NCBI GenBank assembly: GCA_964016885.1
Contig: OZ024740.1
Coordinates: 374,852,001 to 374,916,000, forward strand
Origin: Eledone cirrhosa
Lineage: Eukaryota
Direction: 5' to 3'
Length of the DNA: 64,000 bases
A program made the translations under genes and the position numbers. The notes beneath the pieces were generated by a model. The model was not told the DNA's origin, did no database searches, and saw only the letters and a program-made list of their open reading frames with translations. This document shows positions 29,336 through 41,127 of this stretch, piece after piece. Numbering within the stretch: the first letter of the stretch is position 1; each line of letters opens with the position of its first letter.

Positions 29336-29370
<35 letters not shown>

Positions 29371-29405
29371 TCATTGAAAATAGTGAAGTATTACACTATA
29401 ACCTC

Positions 29406-29452
<47 letters not shown>

Positions 29453-29706
29453 TATTGAAGTTTCCGTTGAAAATTGAAACAATCAGAGGAATGAAGAGTG
29501 ATCTATGTAAGTTACAAGGCTAAATATTTAATGTATAATAAACAATATAATATATTGTACCAATATACAGTAGCAGTATTACTAAAGCTTTCCCGAATAA
29601 GACGAATACAAGAAACGTCCGCATTCGTTCGCCAGACAAGGCAATTTAAAACATAGTGCATTATGAAAGGCTAAAAGTTTAACAGGCAAAAGATAAGTAA
29701 AAGTAA

Positions 29707-29905
29707 TTGTTTCTAATGTTGGCACAAGGCCAGCAATTACCAAGTGCAATACTGGTACTTTATTTTATCGTAAGTTATTTACCCCGTAAGGATGAAAGGC
29801 ATAGTTAACCTCGGCGGGATTTGAACTCAGAATGGCAAGGGCCGTAACCCTATACGTCAAAGCATGGCCTCCGACCCTCTACCGAAACTGTCAATCCACC
29901 GCCTT
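29707..29905 (-). mobile_element. SINE family 1 inserted in the left PLE arm only
   Basis: Reverse-complement SINE core ggtactttattttatcg..ggatgaaaggcatagttaacctcggcgggatttgaactcag; absent from the right arm near 33420. Confidence 0.8.
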
Positions 29906-30642
29906 AATAAATAAAAGTAATAATACAAGAAATGTATAAAAAATAAAAATAAAGACATATAGTAAGGGGATGTGTGTAAATGTGGGTCTATGCACATACA
30001 TATGTACATATGTACAAGTGTGTGTATGTAGAACTCCATGTGTATAGTGAAAAAATGTGTGCGTAAGTACATGAGGGCAAACATATTAGTGTATGTGTGA
30101 CCACAAATACATATATATTTATATATATATATATGTTGAACATAGAAATTGTAAGATAATGGATATAGCGAACATACAGACTTAGGGACTAAGGGCTGAA
30201 ATATATACACATAGAAGGATGAAAGGACGCACGCGTATAAACATACACACACGCGCAACCACATACATGTATGTGAAATATACAGGGAAGGGAGTATATA
30301 AATTCAACGCAGTGTCAGACGGAAGGTCGATACAAATATAAAATATGATGAATAAATGAAATAATAAATATGATAAGAATAAAAATAAAAAATTAAGGCA
30401 AAGAGAAAGTAAGTGGGAGGGGTTGTAATATATAAAGTAACAAGAAAAAATAAATAAAAAGTAGGAAACATCCATATACGCGAACAAGCTCATACACGTA
30501 CATATATATAAATATATATACATCCAGACAAAATCACGTGCACAAAACATACATTCATACATACATATACACGCATACACACATACATAGACACATATAT
30601 ATATACATACATGCACATCTATTCACACCCACGCACGCGGCC

Positions 30643-30677
<35 letters not shown>

Positions 30678-30711
30678 CATACATGCACATCTATTCACAC
30701 CCACGCACGCG

Positions 30712-30785
<74 letters not shown>

Positions 30786-31254
30786 AGTATATATATACAT
30801 GTGAAAACATATACACTCACACATGCACACATATACGCACACATACGAATGCGTTCGTATACATATACAAACACGTATACACATACAATCACACATACAA
30901 CCACACATACGCATATAAAAAAAACAACCCTATGAATAAATGGGTAGAGAATATACGCAAGTAAGCATACGTAAAAGCGGCTGAGGGACAACGGAAAATA
31001 TCTGGAGTTAAAAACACAAGTGTCAGTGATGTCTGGTAGTGAAATAAAGGGGGAAATAAAATAAACGTAAATACTGTATAATTGTTAAGATATAAAGTTA
31101 ATGAATCAAATGGCAGGGGGCGGGGGTTCATTAATTGATGTAAAGTAAAAATAAAGGTTAAGTAAAACTGAATGAGAAGTCTATAAAGAAGATAAGTTAA
31201 GGAAAGTGAAGAAGAAAAGTTTATGTAGGATAAGTGTCTGAAAGTGAATTAAAT

Positions 31255-32340
31255 TTAGATGAGCTGGAAAGCAAGTGTGATTTCATGTGTGGGCAACTGG
31301 TGAACATTTCTGTTTTGCATTAAAGCAGATTTTGTGTGATTTAAGGTCCTGTAAAATCCAATATGTTTCACTTATGCAGAGTGCGCATCTTTGGTTCATA
31401 TTGCGTATTCTTTAGATTGGTTCAAAATTGACTAATCTAATTTATATTGGATACCTTGGTCCTTCAAATCTCAAATTCTGCTAGCCAGAGCTGTTGTAAA
31501 TCTTTTTTCAGGATGTCGGAAAGATGCGACATGTGAGTAATAACGCGTTTTGAATTTGTCTTGTGCCATACCCACATATCGTTCGCTGGTGGCTGGTAGG
31601 TTTTGTTGGTGGTTGTCACATTGGCCTCATATACAATGGCTTTGGTGTTGAATTTACCTTGTAATGGGCATTCATTTTGACTCTACAGCAACAATTTTGA
31701 TATTCTCTGGGTGTTTTCTTATTAATGATATAAGATTTAATAGAAGGACTGCTCGCCTAGCTAATTCTGACACAGTTTCTATTGAAGATCTTATAGTATC
31801 TATGTGTTCTAGGGAAATGTTTATCTAAGAGCTCTAGGAATTGTTTGCCTACATTAGTTTTAACTGCTAAATAGTGGGGGGGGGGGGTTAACCAGATTAT
31901 TTTTCTTTTCGTATTATTATGTTTAAAGGAGTTAGTATTGTTGGGTATGTACTTAATCGGTTCACTAAATACACTATTTTGAAGGGCGTTATTATAGTAG
32001 GAGATGCCTTATTGAAAATAGCTTCTGAGGAAGAGAGGGTGGAGATCCTACGGCTAATATTAGGGATGAGAATTTTAAATACTATAGGAGGATGGCAAGA
32101 GCCTTCATTTATGTATTTTAAGTTTTCATTTGGTTTATGGTACGCTTTATAAGAAGCAGTAGGCAGACCTAGGTTTATATCTAGAAAATTAACACTAGAA
32201 AGTTTTCTGTCAATTGCAATTTTAAAATTAAAACTAGCGAAGGTTTTTATTAAGTCTTTCCTGGATCTTTCTAAGTTATGGCCTATAGTGGTATAGGAAA
32301 GTATTAGACCATCGTCACGATAGAGTCCAGTGGTATTTGA
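31255..32340 (-). pseudogene. PLE reverse transcriptase C-terminal half plus GIY-YIG endonuclease (disrupted)
   Basis: GLYRDDGL (ccatcgtcacgatagagtcc), NFLDI, HPP..IPNISRRISTLSSSEAIF, IIWLTPP..VKTNVGKQFLELLDKHFP, CPLQG..IVYEA..YVG..FKTR, terminal TEMFTSCPH; stops and frameshifts. Confidence 0.85.
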
Positions 32341-33481
32341 TAAAGCCCCCTGCTATTTGATTCATTAACTTTTTATCTGTACAATTATACATTATTTACA
32401 TTTATTTTACCCCCCCCCCCCCCCTTTATTTCCTAGACATCACTGTCACATGTGTTTTTAACTCCAGATATTTTTGTTGTCCCTCAGCCGCTTTTATGTA
32501 TGTATACATGCGTATATTTTGTACCAATTTATTCATACGGTTGTTATTTTTATATATGTATGTATGCGAATGTTTGCTTGTATGTGTATACGTGTTTGTA
32601 TATGTATACGAACGCATTCGTATGTGTGCCTGTATGTGTGCATGTGTGAGTGTGCGTTTACGTATATGTGCTTTCACATGTATATATATATATATAGTTA
32701 TATATATATATATGGTCACGTGCGTGGGTGTGAATAGATGTGCATGTATGTATTTATATGTGTATATGTATGTATGTATGTATGTATGCGTGTATGTGAA
32801 TCTATACATTTGTGCACGTGTTTTTGTATGTATGTATATATATTTATATATATGCATGTGTGTATGAGCTTGTTCGCGTATATGGATGTTTCCTACTTTT
32901 TATTTATTTTTTATATTACTTTATATATTACAACCACTCCCACTTACTTTCTTTTTGCCTTATTTTTTTATTTTTTAATCTTATCTTATATATTATTTCA
33001 TTTATTCATCATATTTTATATTTGTATCGACCTTCCGCCTGACACTGCGTTGATTTTATACACTCCCTTACCTGTATATAGCACATGTCTGTATGTTTAT
33101 ACGCGTGCATCCTTTCATCCTTGTATGTGTATATATTTCAGCCCTTAGTCCCTAAGTATGTATGTACGCTAACTCCATTATCTTACAATTTCTATTTTCA
33201 ACATATATTGATATATATGTATTTGTGGTCACACATACACTAATATGTTTGCCCTCATGTATGTACTTAAGCACACATTTTCTCACTATACACATGGAGT
33301 TGTACATAAACCCACATGTACATATGTATGGACATATACACGAATTTACACGCATCCAATTACTATATTTCTTTATTTTTATTTTTTAAACATTTCTTGT
33401 ATTATCACTTTTATTTACTTTTTTACCGTTAAACTTTTAGCCTTTCTTGAGAAGATTTTTCAAATATTTCAATATGTTTTA

Positions 33482-33559
33482 AATTGCCTTGTCTGACGAA
33501 CGAATGCGGACGTTTCTTGTATTCGTTTTATTCGGGAAACCTTTGGTAATGGGGTAATT
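33482..33559 (+). ncRNA. Type-I hammerhead ribozyme motif (family C) in the PLE pLTR
   Basis: aattgccttgt-CTGACGA-(a)cgaat/attcg(g)-GAAA-cc ttt gg-TA-atggggtaatt; 11-bp stem I with G-U pairs; degenerate mirror copy (CTGGCGA) at ~29575-29648 on the minus strand. Confidence 0.65.
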
Positions 33560-33797
33560 ATATTGTATTGTTTATTATACATTAAATAATTATATATATA
33601 TAATATTCTCCTCTTGGTCGTTCTGACTGCTGCTGTTTATAGTGGTAGTAGACTGACCTCCATGCCTCTGCTTCTATCTTTACACACGGCACTGGACAGA
33701 ATTTCTTCCACATCATTCATTCTCATCTCGGGAACAATTTTGAATAGCGCCAGTTCGTAATTTGAACTCGGGAATTTTATATTCTCCAAGTGAAAAG

Positions 33798-33885
33798 ACC
33801 CTTCTGACGAGAGTTTATCTTTTCAATGGAAGGGCGCAAGGACTGAACATTTATATTTGAGACTCGAAACCGATTCGGTAAAGGT
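33798..33885 (+). ncRNA. Type-I hammerhead ribozyme motif (family D)
   Basis: cctt-CTGACGA-gagttt..agactc-GAAA-ccga t tcgg-TA-aagg; canonical core, GTA triplet (cut after 33880), long loop II. Confidence 0.75.
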
Positions 33886-33953
33886 AACCATAGTGAGTAC
33901 AGTGAATCTTTAAAAATTTATTTTGAAACTTTTTCTTATTTGTTAAACCTTGA

Positions 33954-33985
<32 letters not shown>

Positions 33986-34133
33986 ATACTTTGGGAGGGT
34001 CATGTTGCCAATAAGAAACACACGCACCAGTTGTTTTCACTTCAATTTATTATAATACATTTATAAAAAATGTATAAATTTATAAATTTCTGGTTGGTTG
34101 GTTGGTTCCACAACCAGATAGTTGTTTATATAT

Positions 34134-34178
34134 AGTCATAGTTCTTTCGTCACACACTATGTGACCTCTTCAGTGACT
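34134..34178 (-). ncRNA. Minimal hammerhead motif (family A)
   Basis: Reverse complement reads agtca-CTGAAGA-ggtcaca..tgtgac-GAAA-gaac-TA-tgact. Confidence 0.65.
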
Positions 34179-35611
34179 GGGGATTCGTTTCTTTGTTTCT
34201 GTGCCTCTCCTTTGTTCTGTCCTATGCCATTTTGTTTCTGTGTGTGTGTTGTGTGCTCAGTCTGCGCATGCGCCACATCCGGGTGTCTGTGTGTGTTTAT
34301 GTTCGTTTATTTATTTGTTTATTTACATGTTACTGGTTGGTTATATGTTCTATGTGTGTGTGTGTGTTTTCATGTTGTCCTTAATTGTAAGTTGTGATGT
34401 TGCTGTTCCACTCATACTTTCAATTTAATTTTGGTTGTAATTCTTTTATGTTTATTGCCTCTGTAATTTGTCTAAACATTGCGTCTTTTCTGTGTGTAGA
34501 TTCTATTTTTATTTCTATGTTCTCTAATTTAACCTTGTATTCTATTTTAGCATGTTGGTAGAGTACAGATGATTCTTTATTATCTTGAAGGTCTCGCCAG
34601 TGTTCATTTATCCGTTCCCCTACACTACGAGCTGTCTCACATATGTATACTATATTTTTGTCTCTACATTGTCCTTCAGTACATCTTATGCTATACACTA
34701 CATTTCTAGTTTTACAGTTAATATGGGGGCTTATTTTACAGGTTATACATTTCTTATCTATACATGAGGGTCTTTGAAAAGGGTATGTCTTGCTAATAAG
34801 TGTTTTTACGGAGGTACCTGGTCTTTTTACTATCTTAATATTGAGTTTATGTTTATTTAGGGCCCTTCTAAATGTGTAAGCTAATTCACCTCTAGGGGTT
34901 GTAGGGGTTGTATCGATGAATTTAGAAGGGCCCTAAATAAACATAAACTCAATATTAAGATAGTAGACAGACAAGGTACCTCCGTAAAAACACTTATTAG
35001 CAAGACATACCCTTTTCAAAGACCCTCATGTATAGATAAGAAATGTATAACCTGTAAAATAAGCCCCCATATTAACTGTAAACCTAGAAATGTAGTGTAT
35101 AGCATAAGATGTACTGAAGGACAATGTAGAGACAAACATATAGTGTACATAGGTGAGACAGCTCGTAGTGTAGGGGAACGGATAAATGAACACTGGCGAG
35201 ACCTTGAAGATAATAAAGAATCATCTGTACTCTACCAACATGCTAAAATAGAACACAAGGGTAAATTAGAGAACATAGAAATAAAAATAGAATCTACACA
35301 CAGAAAAGACGCAATGTTTAGACAAATTACAGAGGCAATAAACATAAAAGAATTACAACCAAAATTAAATAGAAAATATGAGTGGAGCAGCAACATCACA
35401 ACTTACAATTAAGGACAAAATGAAAACACACACACACATAGAACAAACGACCAACCAGTAACATGTAAATAAACAAATAAATAAATGAACATAAACACAC
35501 TCAGACACCCGGATGTGGCGCCTGCGCAGACTGAGCACACAACACACACACAGAAAGAAAATGGCGTAGGACAGAACAAAAGAGAGGCACAGAAACAAAG
35601 AAAGGTATCCC

Positions 35612-35656
35612 AGTCACTGAAGAGGTCACAGAGTGTGTGACGAAAGAACTATGACT
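35612..35656 (+). ncRNA. Minimal hammerhead motif (family A)
   Basis: agtca-CTGAAGA-g(g)tcaca gagtg tgtgac-GAAA-gaac-TA-tgact; 1-nt bulge in stem II, very short stem III. Confidence 0.65.
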
Positions 35657-35872
35657 ATATATAAACAACAATTTGGTTGTGGAACCAACCAACCAACCAA
35701 CCAGAAATTTATAAATTTATAAATTTATTATAAATTTATTATAATAAATTGAAGTGAATGCAGCAGGTGCGTGTGTTTCTTATTGGCAACATGACCCTCC
35801 CAAAGTATAAAAATATCGGTTTCAACACACGATTTCAGATAAAGAATCTTGCTAAACAAATTCAGAAACGAA

Positions 35873-36118
35873 ATATATATATATATATATATATATCAGT
35901 TCTATCAAAAACTGTCCGGGTGTGGGGTACTTACCACAATACTGGTTTCTATTTATTTTTCTTGATTCTTAAATTGAGTCTAGCAAACCCTATTGTCTGT
36001 AGTAAGTATTTTTTTCACCTTAGCTATACCGGTCCATTACGATTTGAATACATACATGTATATGTCTGTGTTCGTTTTTCTTTTTTGTTCAGTTATACTA
36101 CACATATATATATATATG

Positions 36119-36153
<35 letters not shown>

Positions 36154-36189
36154 ACAAATCTATATATACACACAAACACACACACACAC

Positions 36190-36225
<36 letters not shown>

Positions 36226-36750
36226 ATATACATGTTTACTTTATATTCGAGACCAGGCGATCATCGTTGAAAATTACGAGATGTACAAAACACTAACGTG
36301 TTAATAAAATCCCTTAGATGTTGATATACATCTTTAAATCTTACTCTACTATATTAACGTAAATGTTCGCCTATGTGTGTATAAGTGTATAACCATTTGG
36401 CGCCTACACCAGCGATCCGATCCTGATGAAACTTTACACAAATGTTAAGCTAATATTCCGAAACAGGAGTCGCTAATTGGATTTCAAGAAAACTCAATAA
36501 TTGAACCCCGGAGACATCTTTACAATGGAGGAGGAAAGAGAGGACGTTTCAGTGAGAGAGGGGGAAGAGGAGAACTAATATTGTATGTTAAACCCTCCCT
36601 TCCATTACTCCCCTTCTTCCACCCACAATTCAGTCCTCCAAAACGAGGCAACAACTTATTAGATATATAGACAAAGAAATTTCAATCAAAACAGGCGACA
36701 ATGCGCGTCTTGATTGTTCTCTATTATGATGTTAAAGAAGGAGAGGGTAT

Positions 36751-36821
<71 letters not shown>

Positions 36822-37099
36822 GGTGTATGTGAAAAAAGAGGGAAAAGGGGTTGAGAAAGAAATATAGAGAGTGAAGGGGATTGGGGAGTAGAGCAAATGA
36901 TAGCAGCGTTCGATCACTTTTATTTATTTATTCTTTACACAACGTTTAACTCTCCGCCTTCCCCAACTTTACGTCTCTTTCTCTCTCTCTCTTTCATGCA
37001 AGACGTACTGTGGATGTGTGTGTGTGTGTGTGTGCGGATATCGTAACTTCCCCGGACACTCACACACACACAGCCACAGTACGTCTTGCGTGATATCTA

Positions 37100-37153
<54 letters not shown>

Positions 37154-37312
37154 TGCTTGTTAGCGTGTGTGTGCGGGAATTGTGACTTCCCCGGATACAC
37201 AGCCTCAGTACGTTTTGTGTGAAAGAGAGAGAGAGATAATTATTGTATATATATTTATACAAATGGAAGTACAGGATAATCGAAGCTCTGGCTGCAGCTA
37301 AGCTAACGAATG
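35873..37312. repeat. Segment present three times (direct copy 49383-50760, inverted copy ~46035-47487)
   Basis: Colinear unique words such as cagttctatcaaaaactg, gagaccaggcgatcatcgttg, cgatccgatcctgatgaaa, cgaagctctggctgcagctaag. Confidence 0.92.
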
Positions 37313-40300
37313 ACGACAAGCGCCAATCTCTTTGCTAACACCTTGGCCAAAATCTTAAACTCTGCGTTTAGCCTGGTTATGGGCCTGAAGTTATCTATAA
37401 AGTCCCCATTGTTCGGTTCTTATTTCACCATCCCCTCCGCTCCCCGGCTCACATAACTGGGAATGCTCCCGTTCTGCTGCCAATTGCCAATTGCCAAGAG
37501 GTCACCGAACAAGTTGACATCTGCCAAAAGGTCGCCGAACAAGTCTGGCATATACGCATAAAGCTCGTAGGGCAGACATCCAAACCTGGCGATTTACAAC
37601 TCGTGCAGTTAGTCATCGCTTCCCGTATTTCACCAGCTGATATCGGCTTTTCGCAGTTCTGCGCTGCGGTCGTCGAGAGCCGCGGCAGTCCGTCCTGGTA
37701 TGCGCCGAAGTCCATACGCCGATCCTGCCCGCTGCCGCTCCCGAGCAATTGAGCAAAGTGCTGTTGAAAAGCCGCACACATCTGCTCGGGTTCGAGCAGC
37801 ATGTGCACGTTTTGATCAGGCAAAGACCGAATTGTGGACTTGTTGCCACGTCGCGCTTCCACCGCCAGGCAGCATTGGACGGCTTTCGTCCTCTCGTGTC
37901 TTTGAGCACGCGCTTAGCTCTGACAACGCAGCCTTCATGCTTTGCGTTGAAGAATTGGTCGAGTGCCAATCTCATCGCAAGCACATCGGTTGAGGTGCCT
38001 GTCCTAAACGCCTCTTCTAGCTTTCTAACTAACTCTCCCTCTACTCTAATTTTCTCTATATCTTCTCCTTTGCTAAACTTTATCAGATTCTACTCTAATA
38101 GCCCTTTTCAGAGTACAGATTCTACTCTAATAGCCCTTTTCAGAGTAAACCATAACCTCTTGTCAACGCACGCTTAACTAATTCGCCAATCCGGTCGCTG
38201 TAAGCTTTGCGCGCCTGGAACGACGCGTTCAGCTTCCAGTAGCCCGGACATTGCCTATGGTGTCTACCTAAGACAACTTCACAGATCACAAATCTTTGGT
38301 CCGTGTAGTCGACTACTTTAAATTCTGAACCACTTACACTAGCCTTATCTGTTTCCCTACAGAATACCCTATCTAAATACGATCTAGATGACCCGATGCG
38401 ATTTACCCATTTCCACAGTGGTACATTCAGATAATCCAGTGTATACCTGTCAGACGTTCAAAACGTCTGAGCAGGTTGTTGAGGCTTTTACACACTCCTG
38501 ACCTGTCTACTGTTCCAGTCGCCCACTAACACTAAAGAGGGGGACGTTCCCAGAATGGTCTCTACACGTCTTAACACATATGGCTGTCTTGCCCCTGCTG
38601 TGGCGTAGACAGCTACTAGCCTGAAAGCATTGCCTTCGCTGCCCCTCACGTCCAGCACCACCATGGCCCGTATGGCGAGATACAAGCCTCTCTTAAAAAG
38701 CACGGCAACACCTCCCCGCGATCCTAGACGGCTGGGAGAAGCGTATACATCGCAGCCGCAGAAGTAGGTGCGAAAGCTTGCGCTTCGGATATTCTAGTCT
38801 CTCTGATGGCCACCACATCTATGTTTACTAACCTGAGGTCGTTGAGCAGGTGACCCTGCTTCCAAGATGACCCAAGGTCACGTACATTTATACTGCCTAT
38901 TCTAAGTACAGCCATGTTGGATGAGATACGGGGTAAGTGAAAAAGGATCCCTTAGCTTAATCGTGTGGTGAAGAGGCAGTAGAACCGTCTCTTTGGCTGG
39001 TCATGGGTGTTTCCAAGAGGATGTCGGTGTATATCCTCTTGGTAACCGACAGTCTGAAGTCTCCAACTCCGTTGGGGAATTTTTATTTTAAAAGTGTGTA
39101 ATGTTCTATTTTGATTTCAATGATGTTTATGTTTTTCGGGAATTGTTCTTAGTGTTGGAGGGGTGTAGTAGTTTTTTTCTGTGATATCTGTATGCAGCTC
39201 TATATGTTGTAAGAGTTCTTTATTTGCCATGTTTATGGCTGTGTTCTTTTTCGGGGGAGAAGTGATTTTGTTGCTGTTTTCTTGTTGTTGCTGATGGGTG
39301 TGTGTGTTTGCTTGTGTTTGCGATCTTGGTGTTTTTGGTGATGCTGATGGTGGTGTGGTTGTTGTTGGCGATGATGCTTGTGGTGGTGATGATGATGGTA
39401 GTGGTGTTGCTGCATGTCCCTTGCAGGCTTTACCCCTCTTTATTTGTCTTCGCTTTTGGACGGTGAAGCTAAGGGGGTTTTTGTTTTTTGTTTGTTTGTG
39501 GAATACCGTTTGCCACTCCCTCCCGCCTCATACTCCAGGTCGAATTCCGTGGCGTCTGAGAGGTGTATGTGCTCCACTGCTGTTGCTGGTGATAGTGAAG
39601 CCTGCTCCGGCGATTTTACCGCCGGTGTAGCTACTGCGACTGTTGGTGTTGCCGCCACTGCTGTCGCTGCTTTAGTTGTCCGTGGCCTTGGTATGGGTGC
39701 CACGGACGTTGCCCTCCTACTCACCATAGAAGGGTATTCTGCCACTGCACCCTGCCCTGCTCTTGGTAGCAGCGGACCAGGCCTCGGAAGGCCCTCTTCT
39801 TGGCTGTCTTTTGTGGGCAGAAGGCCCTGAGGTGACCATTCTGCTCACAGAGATAGCACTTTAGGCGTCTTCCTTCCACGCTTATAGGGAGTTGAATTCC
39901 TTCCTCGAGGTCTATGATGTCTGGGATGGCCTGATGTACTCCTGGTCTATATGTATTAGCATTTGCATGCCTATTTTTGACTAGTTCACTCTTCTCATTC
40001 TCTGTATTTGCAGTATGGTGGTCTTCTCCTCGATTCCACCTGTCAAGGTCTGGGCACGTCTGGCAGGACCTGGGTCACTTTGACCCTCACAATTTTTTTC
40101 CCGCAGTAGGAGGGCCCTAAGAATATCTCCTCACTCTTTAGGGTTTCCAAAGGGTGAGACTTCGCCTCTTGCGGGGGTGGCGAAAAGTACCTCTACTGTG
40201 GCGTACTTTTTGCCTCGGGTGATGCGGGTTTTTCGCGCCCAGACGCATCCCAAGATCTTTTGGATTTGAGACTCCGTGGCTCTCGCCACCCAATGTGACA

Positions 40301-41109
40301 TTTGCTTATGGTGCGGTAAGTCACCGTGCGCAGCTGCTGGTATTTGAAGAAATCGGTTGGAGGTTTCAGGTAAACTTTATTGTCATTTCTTGACACCATG
40401 GCTCTTGCGACTGCCATCTCCACCCTGACTAGCGCTGTCTCTATATTTCGGGCAGCACCTGCGAAAGAAGTGGCTCCTTTTTCAGCGGCACAATTATTTC
40501 TGCCGCTACTACTGCTACTGATCTTGTTGTTGATGCTGTTGCTGTTGCTACTGCTACAAACGGTGTTGTTGGTGTTGTTGCTGTTATCACTGTTGTAGTT
40601 GGTTGTGTTTTTGGTGCCACCGTTGTTGTCTTTTTCGGTGCAATTTGTATTGTTCTTGTTGGTGTTGTTGTTGTTTATTTTCTTGTTAGTGGTGTTAATA
40701 TCGTTGTGGCATTTGTTGTCAATTTTTTTCTATTGTCTGTATTTTGGTTGTCGTGTTATTGTTGTAGTAGGTGTGATATTATTTTAATCGTTCTAAGTGT
40801 TTTTGTCTTTGTTCATGTTGTTTCTGCTTGTGTTTGTTGTATGAATTTTTGTAACCCTCCTCTCAACATTTACACCGTTGTCACACGATAGCAGGCATAT
40901 TGTTGGGTGTGTGTGTGTGTGTGTGGGGGGGGGGGGGGGTTGGCGTGTCTCATCCTTGTTTTTTTTTATTTTAAAATTATACTTTCCCCTTCACAGGGCA
41001 AAATTCAAGGGCTTATATCCATCACACAAGAACAATTAAGCAACAAATAATTATAACAGGTAAATAAAGCGACTTACTGGGAGCGAGCAAAAGAGGTCCG
41101 AACAGACCA
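37312..41109 (-). mobile_element. Tx1/L1-clade LINE, mirror copy truncated at the palindrome boundary
   Basis: Reverse complement of 55679-59434; ends mid-RT at KILAKVLAKRLALVV. Confidence 0.9.
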
Positions 41110-41127
41110 ATAATAATAATAATAATA

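Larger units (their letters stand above)
29527..33587 (-). mobile_element. 5'-truncated Penelope-like element with inverted pLTR arms (29527-31121 / 32345-33587)
   Basis: Arms are diverged reverse complements; the minus-strand core 31255-32340 encodes PLE RT/EN motifs. Confidence 0.85.
33981..35872. mobile_element. PLE (Neptune-like) fold-back hairpin, copy 1: two inverted 3' halves, 46-nt spacer at 34874-34919
   Basis: Both arms encode a Cys-rich linker plus GIY-YIG (VVYSIRC..C..YIGETARSVGERINEH..RQITEAINIKELQPKLN), divergently oriented, each followed by a pLTR with hammerhead. Confidence 0.9.

Noticed and set aside
34892-34912. taggggttg x2 in the hairpin spacer, resembling a telomeric or G-rich repeat
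   Set aside because: It is a 9-bp in-frame duplication (TTP TTP) within PLE coding sequence, not TTAGGG
36423-36440. CTGATGA followed by aac as a possible hammerhead
   Set aside because: No stem II/GAAA/stem III arrangement; resembles the ccgat..tgatgaaa motif common near Helitron-like 5' ends
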